Origin: Azolla caroliniana
Lineage: Eukaryota; Plantae; Polypodiophyta
Length of the DNA: 64,000 bases
Assembly (NCBI GenBank): GCA_043228905.1
Contig: JBHGNT010000006.1
Location: 13,392,001-13,456,000, forward strand
Direction: 5' to 3'
Shown here: positions 12,095 to 22,580 of the stretch, piece after piece
Numbering within the stretch: the first letter of the stretch is position 1
How the letters are laid out: each line of letters begins with the position of its first letter
The notes under the pieces: generated by a model
What the model was told of the DNA's origin: nothing
What the model saw: the letters and a program-made list of their open reading frames with translations, nothing else
Databases searched by the model: none
Position numbers and translations under genes: made by a program

Positions 12095-14728
12095 TCTTTA
12101 AGTCCTATTATGAGGACCCTAAAGTCTTGTAAACAATAGCATGCGGAAGCGTAGACAAATCAGCTCTGCCAGATAACAAAGTAACACAATGATGAAGGTT
12201 TAATGGAAAGCTTGAGTACACGGGGGGGGGGGGGGGGGGGGCAGAGAGAGAGAGAGAGAGAGAGAGAGGTAGAATTAGAACAGAACAACGTCTATATTAA
12301 AAAATCACACTAACACTCTGTACATACAACTGTGCTTAAGAGTACTATTTATGCAAGTCCTCAAAGGACTGACCAAAGTAGTGACAAGTACTCTAATGCT
12401 CGTATTGAGCATCAGACACAGAATCCCAAATATATGCCTACATACTAGGCTAGATTTGTAAGCCTCTAACGGGCTACCGGTTATGATCTGATTCGGGTCC
12501 TGGGTATGGACAACGATCCGGATATGGTTGAGCTTGTCCACTCAACAATCCCCCTCAAGGTCAACTTGAGGTTGGATCGTTGTGTCTATTCTCGTTGATC
12601 CTTATGTCATCTCCTCTTGGCGTCCTCGCTCCTCGCTCACATTCCTTTACCTATCAGGTCCCGTGCACCTCGACCTTCTCGATCGGCCCTTGTCAGCTTC
12701 GTCGTAGTTGCGGTGTTGGTGTCCCTCGACCTATTGGTTCCTCTGAGTCGGTGTCAACGTCGGCTGCCGCATTGTCCACTTGGTCAATCGATTCGGTCCC
12801 TCCGAATTGAACATTCCGATTGAATCGTCTACTTCCTATTCACTTCGACTTCCGGTCGAATCGGTTGTCTCCGATTTGTTCCCGCTCTTGTCCGGGTTGA
12901 CTGTCTCCAACTCATCCTCGATCTTCAAACCCTTAACGACATCGGACTACGTTCATGTCTTGGTCTTCTTGGCTTCCTTGGCTTTACCTCCCCCCTTTTC
13001 GATTGGATTTGGCTTCGACTTCCATTTGTGGTTGCTCCCCCTGCGTCTGACAATCTCCACTTGTCTATTCTATCTACACATATCCATTCGTCCTCGGCTT
13101 CTTCAACCGATCAGAACATTCTGACTTCTTCAGTCAGTTCGGTTTCCCATGCATCTTCATTCTTGGCTCGATTCCGTAGTTCGTTTTGACCATCTCTTCC
13201 CCTTTCATTCCTTTCATTCCTCCCCTCCAAGTTCGGCAGGTTGAGATGTTACACACCAACCATGCCCGAAAATTGCCGCAACTTGTCAAGGCCGAGAGGT
13301 TTGGTGAAGATGTCGGCAGTCTGCCGATCCTCGGAACATGCATTCTCAAAAAAAAAAGTAATGCACCTCAATGTGCTTTTTCCGGGTGTGGAAGACATGG
13401 TTCTTGGCCAGTTGGATGCTGCTGAGGTTGTTGCAGTAGATTGTCGTCGGATCGAACACCTCCACCTGTAGATCCTTCAATAACCAGCTGAGCCAAATGG
13501 CCTCGCATGTTGTGACATCCACTCCTCTATACTCGGCTTCGATGCTCGACAATGCTACTGTTGGCTGCTTTTTGCTGCTCTAGGTGACTGCGACTCTTCC
13601 AAGTGAAAATGCGAATCCAAATGTTGACTTGTGGTCACCGGCGTTTCTGGCCCAATCGGCATTCGTATAGCCAACAAGTTGTTCAGCTATACTGGTCTGA
13701 TACTGTTGAGAATCAACGCTTCGATTCACCTTCACCGCTCGGCCACAACCGAGTAAGCGCGAATCAATGGAGCAGAAAATAGGAACCACCAAGAGAAACA
13801 AAACGCGAACACACAGGGATTAACGTGGAAAACCCTAGACGGGAAAAACCACGGGAGTACAAGACTCCAAACCAACACTATACAGAGAAGTATACAATGG
13901 CGAGCTGCAAGGCGACGACCTTGTGCTCGCTGTCCTCGCCACAGGAGGCGGAAATACAAAGAGGCGTCGTCCTCTTTCTCTCTCACGCTCTATCTCTCTC
14001 TCTCTCTCACGGCTACTCCCTCTTCACTCCTCTTGAGTGGAAAAACAGAAAAATGATTAGCAAAACTAAAACAGTTTGCCCTAAGTCATATTTATACATA
14101 TATGACTTTGGGGCTATTTACAATTATAGCCTCAGGGGCCCATAGCGAACATATTCACGGATATGTCCCTACATCCGGAAGTTCTCCGGGTACGTTCGTC
14201 ATCCGGCACCGAAGCCGGGGTCTTCAACATCCGGATCCGAAACCGAAACCGGGCTCGTCGGCATTCATTTCCGACATCCGACCATCCCATCCGAAGGGAC
14301 CGTAATCCCAACAAACTCCCCCTTCACTTCGGCATGGGATGTCTTTCCAAACCGATCCTCTTTCGGCATGCTTCCAGCTTGTCTGGTGTGAGGACCTTGG
14401 TCAGCATATCCGACCCGTTCTCGTCCGTGTGGATCTTTGTCAGCACGAACTCCTTGTCTTCTATCCTTTCCCGGATCCAGTGATATCTTCGCTGGATGTG
14501 CTTCGTCCGGGAGTGATAGGCCGCGTTCTTCGCAAGGTGGATTGCACTCTGACTGTCACAGTAGAGTCGGTACTCCTCCTGCCGGATACCGAGCTCTCTA
14601 ATGAAGTCCTTCATCCATATTACTTCCTTGCCGGCTTCAACAGCCGCCATGTACTCCGCCTCCATAGTTGACAACGCAACCGTCTTCTGCAGCCTTGACT
14701 GCCATGAAACAGCTCCCCCTGCATACGT

Positions 14729-14816
14729 TGTCGTGCCTTTCGGCTCCGGATCTCCATTCTCTATCCGGAGGGACAAAAATATAATTTCCACATAGTGTGC
14801 AACCTACACTACGACA
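14729..14816 (-). mobile_element. 88-bp miniature insertion, TGTCGT...ACGACA, 4-bp TSD ACGT
   Basis: Interrupts SGYVMT|YAGGAVSW; ACGT at 14725..14728 and 14817..14820; termini match 43154..43880. Confidence 0.9.
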
Positions 14817-17022
14817 ACGTCATCACATACCCTGATGTGGACCGGCTGGTATCTGCATCAGCCGACATATCCGAATCGGTAAAGCCGTCGAGTTCGGGCT
14901 TACCGGAGCCGAATCGGAGGCACACGTTTGCCGTGCCCTTCAGGTATCGGAGTATCCACTTGGCCGCATTCCAATGCTCTTTGCCGGGATTGCTCATGTA
15001 CCGGCTCACCACTCCGACTGCATATCCGATGTCCGGTCTCGTACACACCATGGCGTACATCAAGCTCCCGACGGCTGAGGCATATGGCACTTTCATCATA
15101 TCCTCCTTTTCAGCCTTTGTCTTGGGACTTTGCTTGTTTCGCATGGGTAATTTCGCATGCGCCAGCATACTCCGGACCCTCTCCATTATGGTCCGGTTCA
15201 TCCTCTCAGCCAGCCCGTTCAGTTCCGGCGTCTTCGGCACAGTAAACTCGAGTCGGATTCCCTTCGAGCGACAGTACTCCTGGAACTGCCCCCGGTATTC
15301 CCCTCCGTTATCCGCTCGTATCGCTTTCAGCTTCTTGCCGGATTCCCTTTCCACTCTCGCGTGGAGTTCTTTGAAGATGCACAACACTTGGTCCTTTGTC
15401 TTCATCGGTGCCGTCCACAGTTTTCGGCTATGATCATCGATGAATGTTACGAAGTACTGGGCTCCGCCATGTGACTTCGTTTCTACCTGACACACATCAG
15501 TGTGCACCAACTCCAATGGTGTGCTACGTCTCGTCGGTGGCCTTGAGTGGAAGGAGGTTCGGTTCTGCTTACCGGCCAGGCAATCGGTGCACTTCTCCAG
15601 GTGCACATGCTTCACTGGAATAAGGTTGTCTTCTGCAAGCCTCTTCATCCCCTTCTCACTCATGTGGCACAGTCTTTTGTGCCACAGCTCACCGGCAGTG
15701 TCGGCTGCCACATTCAGCTCTTCCGGACATAACCGGGCATTCATCAGGTACAGTGTGTTGTCTTTCCGGGCCCGAGCCACTATCAGGCTCCCCTTGCTGA
15801 ACTTCATTACACCGTTCCGGATGCTACCTGTGTAGCCTTCATCGTCTAGCCTCCCGGCCGAAATCAGGTTCAATCGAACCTCCGGAACGTGTCGGACATC
15901 CTTCAGCAGCATTTTGCATCCGGTCGGGGTTGTCAACCACACGTCTCCTATGCCGGCAATCCGGCACGTACCTTCATTTCCCATCCGAACACAGCCATGC
16001 TCACCGGCTGTGTAGGATGAGAAGTATCTTCTCTCCGGGGTCAGGTGGAACGATGCTCCGGAATCGACCACCCAGGTCGTCTCATCGCCGGCAACGTTTA
16101 GTTCACCTTCTTCGGTGATGAGCATGATTTCTTCCTCACTTGCCGCGAGTGCCGTTGTTCCTTTCCGGTCCTGCCCTCGCCGATCCGAACCTCTCCGGTC
16201 CGTGGCTCCCCGGTATGCACCGTTTCTCTCCGGTGACTTCTTCGAATCGGTGTCGTCGGCTCCGTTGTCTTTTCGGTAATGCCGACAATTCTTTCGGAAG
16301 TGCCCCGGTTTCCCACAGTGGAAGCATGTGGGCCTTCCTCTTGACTGCGACCGGGTCCCCGACTTCTCCCGTCTTTGCGGACTCCGGTTCCATTGTCTTC
16401 CCTGATCCGATTCGGTAAGCAGCGCCTTCGGGTCGGAGGCCGGTTCTTTATCTCTCCGACGCGCTTCTTCGTTCAAAATACTTGTCTTTACCGTTTGCAA
16501 GGACAAGTTATCTTCTGTGCAGGAGGTGCTGAGAGTCACCACCAAGTTCTCCCAGCTTTCCGGCAATGTACACATCAGGATGATGGCTTGCATTGCATCC
16601 TCCAACGGGAACTTGATCGCCGCAAGCTGATTCACGAATCCCATGAACGTGCTTACGTGTTCCACCATACTCTCGCCGTCCCGGTACTTGAGATTCACTA
16701 TCTTCCTCATCAGGGAGGTCCGGTTCAACGCATTCTTCCTCTCATAGAGGCCCGACAGCTTCCGCCACATCTCATATGCGTTGGTGTCGTTCGCCACATG
16801 TTGTAGAACGCTCACGTCGACGTATTGCCGAATGGTTGCAACGGCTTTCCGGTTCAGAAGCCTCCATTCCGACTCAAGTACCCCCTTCGGTATTTCTGAC
16901 CTGTCAATCGGTTCGTACAGGTCCCGAACAATCAGAAGATCCTCCATCTTGATCTTCCAGTCGGCGTAATTCTGCGCATTCAGCACCATCATCCCCGGCT
17001 GCCCGCTGCCGCCGCCTTCCAT
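14809..17022 (-). CDS. Copia polyprotein: Gag (CFHCGKPGH), protease (WVVDSGASFH), GAG-pre, integrase core, fused in frame to late RT and RNase H start
   Basis: 737-aa open frame; no YVDD-containing RT core; the frame stops inside the 88-bp insertion; RNase H continues at 14324..14728. Confidence 0.88.
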   Translation of the reverse strand: MEGGGSGQPGMMVLNAQNYADWKIKMEDLLIVRDLYEPIDRSEIPKGVLESEWRLLNRKAVATIRQYVDVSVLQHVANDTNAYEMWRKLSGLYERKNALNRTSLMRKIVNLKYRDGESMVEHVSTFMGFVNQLAAIKFPLEDAMQAIILMCTLPESWENLVVTLSTSCTEDNLSLQTVKTSILNEEARRRDKEPASDPKALLTESDQGRQWNRSPQRREKSGTRSQSRGRPTCFHCGKPGHFRKNCRHYRKDNGADDTDSKKSPERNGAYRGATDRRGSDRRGQDRKGTTALAASEEEIMLITEEGELNVAGDETTWVVDSGASFHLTPERRYFSSYTAGEHGCVRMGNEGTCRIAGIGDVWLTTPTGCKMLLKDVRHVPEVRLNLISAGRLDDEGYTGSIRNGVMKFSKGSLIVARARKDNTLYLMNARLCPEELNVAADTAGELWHKRLCHMSEKGMKRLAEDNLIPVKHVHLEKCTDCLAGKQNRTSFHSRPPTRRSTPLELVHTDVCQVETKSHGGAQYFVTFIDDHSRKLWTAPMKTKDQVLCIFKELHARVERESGKKLKAIRADNGGEYRGQFQEYCRSKGIRLEFTVPKTPELNGLAERMNRTIMERVRSMLAHAKLPMRNKQSPKTKAEKEDMMKVPYASAVGSLMYAMVCTRPDIGYAVGVVSRYMSNPGKEHWNAAKWILRYLKGTANVCLRFGSGKPELDGFTDSDMSADADTSRSTSGYVMTLS

Positions 17023-18498
17023 TTTCTGCAGCAGTTCGCTCTGATACCAGTTTGTTGAGAATCAACGCTTCGATTCACCTTCACCGCTCGGCCACAACCG
17101 AGTAAGCGCGAATCAATGGAGCAGAAAATAGGAACCACCAAGAGAAACAAAACGCGAACACACAGGGATTAACGTGGAAAACCCTAGACGGGAAAAACCA
17201 CGGGAGTACAAGACTCCAAACCAACACTATACAGAGAAGTATACAATGGCGAGCTGCAAGGCGACGACCTTGTGCTCGCTGTCCTCGCCACAGGAGGCGG
17301 AAATACAAAGAGGCGTCGTCCTCTTTCTCTCTCACGCTCTATCTCTCTCTCTCTCTCACGGCTACTCCCTCTTCACTCCTCTTGAGTGGAAAAACAGAAA
17401 AATGATTAGCAAAACTAAAATAGTTTGCCCTAAGTCATATTTATACATATATGACTTTGGGGCTATTTACAATTATAGCCTCAGGGGCCCATAGCGAACA
17501 TATTCACGGATATGTCCCTGCATCCGGAAGTTCTCCGGGTACGTTCGTCATCCGGCACCGAAGCCGGGGTCTTCAACATCCGGATCCGAAACCGAAACCG
17601 GGCTCGTCGGCATTCATTTCCGACATCCGACCATCCCATCCGAAGGGACCGTAATCCCAACAGATACAACAACCCCCAGTCCTTAGTGCCACTAACAAAC
17701 TTGAGTATTCGGTGCGTGCACTAAAGGTGCTCTAAGGTCGGATGCGCCAAGAATTGACTAATCAGTCCGATCAGGGTCCCATCGGGTGATAGTTAGATAT
17801 ATGAGGCTTTTGACTATTTGTCGAAACCATGTCGGGTCACATGCCACTCTGGAGTTGGGCCATAACTTCACATTCCTATTTAGAGGAGTTGAGACAGATT
17901 TGCATTCCGTCATTCTGAACTTGAAGAGCATACTTAGTACGTAATGTCGTTGACTGATCAGTACTTCGATCCTTAGGAAGTAATGAAGGTCACCGAGGTC
18001 CTTCATTTCGAACAATGGCATGAGTTTGGACTTGACACGGTCGATTTCTTCTAGGTCGGCACGGTGATGACTAAATCATCCACATAAAGTAAAATGCTTA
18101 TCGCCTTATTCTGACCTTGCCAGATGAAGAATCTGACTTGGATGTGGCAAACCCCATCCGATGCAATCATTGCGTGATATTCGTGTTCCAGGCACACGGG
18201 GCTTGTTTTAGTCCATAAAGGGACTTGTTCAGTCGGCAAACAGTCGACGTGTTCATTCCGGACTCAAATCCGGGGGTTTGTACCATATATACCTGTTCCT
18301 CAAGCTCACCTTGCAGGAACACATTCTTTACATCCATTTGATCTAATTGCCACCCCTTTGCCGTGGCCACCGTAAGCAAGAGATGGACGGTTGTCATCTT
18401 CGCAACCGGTGCGAAGGTTTCGTCATAATCGATTCCGTGTTGCTGCGCATAGCCCTTTGCCACTAACCGGGCCTTGAACCGGTTGACGGAGACATCGG

Positions 18499-18963
18499 TG
18501 TTAATGCCCTAGCTTGACAAAAGAAGATTGAACAAGAGAGGAAAAGAAAGAGAGAACAATGAATATATTTTATTATAACAGGAAAATATACAAGAGCAAG
18601 AACTAGAATATTTGCCAAAGACTGGTGTTGAACCAGAATGGTTCTAACAATACAATATGTCCTATTTATATAGGAGTAGTATGTGCCCCTTGGATGTTTG
18701 TAGGGTCATGATATCCTTTGGGATGTTGTAGGGTCATGATACCCTTTGGGATATTGAAGGTTCATGGCACCCTTTGGAATATTGAAGGGTCATGGCACCC
18801 TTTGGATATTTATAGGGTTACATTATCAATATTATAATAAAGTGAATTATAATATCTTTATGTACAACATATATAACCTAATGGCTAGAACTGAGTGCTT
18901 TTCCTTAGGAGGTCATGGGTTCGAGTCACCCTAAACCTCATGGGGTTTCATCTACTCATGACA
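18499..18963 (-). repeat. 3' LTR of a Tcn1-like chromovirus family, with PPT and end of the chromodomain ORF (18964..19031)
   Basis: Minus strand reads PDKPSPN..TRRRRREMVS*, PPT GAAGGAGGGAGATGG, then TGTCATGA...TTAACA; ~30-bp tandem repeats at ~18685..18818. Confidence 0.85.
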
Positions 18964-19031
18964 CCATCTCCCTCCTTCGACGACGAGTTCCATGAGTCAT
19001 AATGCACGAATTGGGGCTCGGCTTATCTGGA

Positions 19032-20486
19032 TGTTAGCCAGACGGCAAGGGAAGTCCAGAATGGGAAAAGGGGATAATTAATAACCAAGAGTTGATTAGT
19101 TATAATGTTACAACATAGAATTATTATGATTTTGAGAAGCAAACAGACGGACCCGGAGTCGGTATGCCGATCTGGATCCAAACCGGTTCGTAGCCGGTTG
19201 CCGGTTGGCACCAGTTTGTACCTAAAGCCGGAGACCTATAAAAGGGCCCGATTAGATTGTAATCATCAGCGGATAATTAATAGAGTGTTGTTGTTCTGTA
19301 TCTTAATCATTGTTAATTACTGTTCTGTGTTAAGTGTAATTTATCCTACGCGTGTATTGTGACTAAGGATATTGTCACTAGTAACCAATTAAGGTTCCAT
19401 TAATAGTCGGTCTAAACCTATCTCACCGCAACACCCTTTGGTGAAGTGTCTCAAAGGGACACCTTGTGTTAGGCCATTGTCCGGCCCTAGCAATAACACA
19501 ACTTTTGGCGACCACGATTCCTACACAAACGCAGCGAATAGTGGCAGGCATGGATGACTAGACCAACAAACGACTCGGTTACGGAGCGAGCAAGAAGACT
19601 TGCCGAACGATTGCAAAATGGAACTGGAAGCCCCAGACCGGCAAGTGGTGGATCAACTTCCAACACTGCCATGTGAGACACTGGAAGCAGAGGAGGAAAG
19701 ACCTCTGACACTGAAAGAAGAGGAGGAAAGACCTCCGACACCAACGGAAGAGGAGGGGAGACCTTCGACACCGGACGACGACATGTCGTTCCCATATCCC
19801 AAGTACCAGGATGATCCGGACGCAGAAGCTCATGTCTATGCATTTCTGCAAACATGGGAAGCAAACCATGTGTCGCAACGCTTGACCGCCGCCGAAGCAG
19901 AATGCTCGAAGATTGTAGAGTTCGGCATGACCTTGGAAGACCAGCCGTGTGATGGCGCTTGACGCACACCCCCGGCACCATCATGCCGTTTGAGGACATA
20001 AAAACCAGATTTTTACAGTTCTTCAACAAAGAGGTGGATCAACGAGAGATGGTTGGCCTATTCTACACCATACGATGGGAACCTATAGAAACCATTCAGC
20101 AATTCGTAATTTCGTTCCAGTGAATGCACAGTCAGCTCAATCAAGCACCACTGAAGGCACATGCGAAAGCAATATTCCTAGCCGCACTCAGGGAACCCCT
20201 GCGTACGGTGTGCGCAGTGATCGATTTCTGCGCCAGCACAATCGACCAGGTCATAGAACAGGTCAGGGAGATGGAGAAAACAACCTCGTGGCTAACAATG
20301 GGGGCACTCCAGCGTACATTACCGACAGAAGACGACCTACGTTTTTGGCAAGCAATACAATGTTATGCCATTCCAGGGCGCACACAATGGACCGATGCAA
20401 ATATAACTTGCTAAACCGGCAAGCGGCACCGGTAAGGCAAATCAAACCCCGGAGCAACCGGGAGGAGGAAGAAGAACGATGGCGGC
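19032..20486 (+). mobile_element. Truncated Phygy-like gypsy: 5' LTR 19032..19498, tRNA-Arg-type PBS, deleted gag
   Basis: TGTTAG...ATAACA then TGGCGACCACGA; gag motif KYQDDPDAEAHVYAF shared with 34460..35458. Confidence 0.88.
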
Positions 20487-20896
20487 TGTTAGTACTAGAG
20501 AAGAGAAGTACTATTAGTACTAAGAGGACGGGACTGCGTAAGATTCCTGAGAGAGGAAGAGAGAGGACGAGAGAGAGAGATAGCGAGAATGAGAGAGAGA
20601 GAAAGATGATGACAACCGCTAATATATTATGTGAAAGATAAGTACAAAGTGGCTAAGAGGCTTAAGACTGGCGTTGAACGAATTTGGTTCAAAACAATGC
20701 CTTGTGCCTCATTTTATAGTGTTTTTTGGAATAATCCTGAAGCTTATAGAATGTTCCAAAGAGATTTGGAATATACATCAATTTTCTATGATAAAACATA
20801 AATGAAAATAATATCCTACAAATTACAATTCATAGTCTAATGGTAAGAGCTCAACCCATGTAACATAAGGTCATGGGTTCGAGTCTTGCCATGTTA
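20487..20896 (-). repeat. Tcn1-like LTR (minus strand), abutting a plus-strand LTR
   Basis: Reverse complement closely matches LTR 49042..49490. Confidence 0.88.
20833..20885 (+). promoter_or_regulatory. tRNA-like Pol III A-box/B-box cassette, antisense within LTR U3 (representative copy)
   Basis: TAGTCTAATGG (A box) and GGTTCGAGTC (B box) with tRNA-like spacing; others at 18874..18927, 43264..43316, 49058..49110, 53117..53171, 60380..60433. Confidence 0.65.
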
Positions 20897-22580
20897 GGTT
20901 ATATGGATTGAGCTCTTAACCATTATATCATCTATTGTAATACGTAGGATATTATTTTCATTTACATTTTATTCTACGAAATTAATGTATATTCCAGATT
21001 TCCCTCGAACATTCTAGAAGCTTCAGGATTACTCCTAAGAACACTATAAAAGAGGGCACTAGGCATTATGTTGAACCAAATTGGTTCAACGCCACTCTTT
21101 AGCCTCATAGCCCTTTTGTACTTACTCTTCTTATAATATATAATCTGTTATCACCATCTCTCTCTCTCTCTCTCTCGTCCTCGCTATCTCTCTCTCTCTC
21201 CTCTTCTCTCTTCCTCTCTCGGGAGTCTTACGCAGTCCTGTCCTCTTAGTACTAATAGTACTTCCCTTCTCTAGTACTAATTCTCTCTCTATTTAGTACT
21301 ATTCCTGACAGTTTGAACCAATTTTCTCTTCTGTCTCTCTCCCTTCATACTAATCTCTTATTCCTCTTTTCTTTTCATCCCATCGCCATAGTTAGCGCTC
21401 AGGAATATCAATATGTTTTCTCAGAGTTTCAATGCTTGAAAGAGAAGTTCCTTGCTTTGGAACAAGAAAATCAACGGTTGTTGGGGGATCTTCAATAAAT
21501 CTCCTTAGAAAAGCAGAAAACGCAACAACAACATGGGGAACTTGCAGTACGCATGCAACAACTCGAAGCAACCATCGTAGCGATGCAACAACAAGGCCCC
21601 GGAACACAAGGGATTCATAAGGAACCCAAGATTGGCCTTCCCACAAAGTTCAATGGAACACGATCGCAGTTTAGAGGGTTCCTTAATCAGGTCTGATTAG
21701 TTATTCAAATGCATCCTTCCCGATATCCTATCGATGCATCACGAGTGGGTTTAGTAGGGACGCTGTTAAATGACTCAACGTTGGCATGGTTCGCTCCACT
21801 GTTGGAAAAGGAGTCTCCATTACTCAACAACTTTGAAGAGTTTATAGGTGAGTTTAAAGCATGCTTTGGGGATCCTGACAGCCTAAGGACCGCAGTCAAT
21901 AAAATCCGGCGATTACGCCAAGGAGACCGTCCAGCCTCTGCATACGTTGAAGATTTCCGCCTACTCGCCGTTAACATCCCTTGGGATGATCCAGCATTGA
22001 TGGAGCAATTCCGTTATGGTTTACGCAAAGATGTCAAGGATTTACTCTTGACTTTCCCTGAAGTGTTATTGCTAGGGCCAGACAACAACCTAACACAGGG
22101 TGTCCACTTAAGACATGTCACCAAAGGGTGGTACGGCAGAATGACTTACGGCACAACGCGTAATTAGACCTTAATCGATTACTTAGCCATCCGTAATTAA
22201 CACACATAAGATATAACAATAAATACAGAACGGTAATCAACACTTGAAGATTAAGACAATAAGCTTTATTAATTATCCGCTCCTCATTACATTGTAACCG
22301 GGCCTTTATATAGGTCTCCGGTGCGAAATACAAAACGGTGCCAACCGGCACCTTTACGGAATCGTTCCGGATCCGGATCGGCATACCGATTCCGGTCCGT
22401 CCGTCCACATTTTCTTATATAATAATATGTATATATTAAGACTACTAATTACAACAGTTCTTGAATAACTATTCCTTTCACACTCTGGTTTGGACCTCCT
22501 TAAGCCTTCTTTGCTGGCCGGTAACACATGGCACGCCCGTGGGACAGTACCTTGTACGTCGAACCCACTATCCGGTCGTT

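Larger units (their letters stand above)
13704..17662 (-). mobile_element. Young, internally deleted Ty1/copia (Tnt1/Tork-like) element; 610-bp LTRs; TSD GATAC
   Basis: LTRs 13704..14313 and 17053..17662 differ at only 2 positions seen; PBS TGGTATCAGAGC 17038..17049; PPT ~14316..14325; GATAC on both flanks. Confidence 0.97.
12128..18498 (-). mobile_element. 3' half of a Ty1/copia element (RT, RNase H, tail, PPT, 3' LTR 12128..12547), interrupted by the copia at 13704 and cut at 18499
   Basis: [42 protein letters not shown]; PPT AGGGGGAT precedes TGTTGAG; the LTR contains a G tract and (GA)n at 12222..12268. Confidence 0.9.

Noticed and set aside
13732-14305. Short ORFs duplicated at 17081..17724 as possible host genes
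   Set aside because: They lie wholly within the two near-identical LTRs.
18685-18818. CRISPR-like array of ~30-bp repeats
   Set aside because: Head-to-tail repeats with no unique spacers, inside a eukaryotic LTR U3; no cas genes.
20825-20895. Functional tRNA gene
   Set aside because: A and B boxes are present, but I could not form acceptor or anticodon stems, and the sequence is an integral part of multi-copy LTRs.
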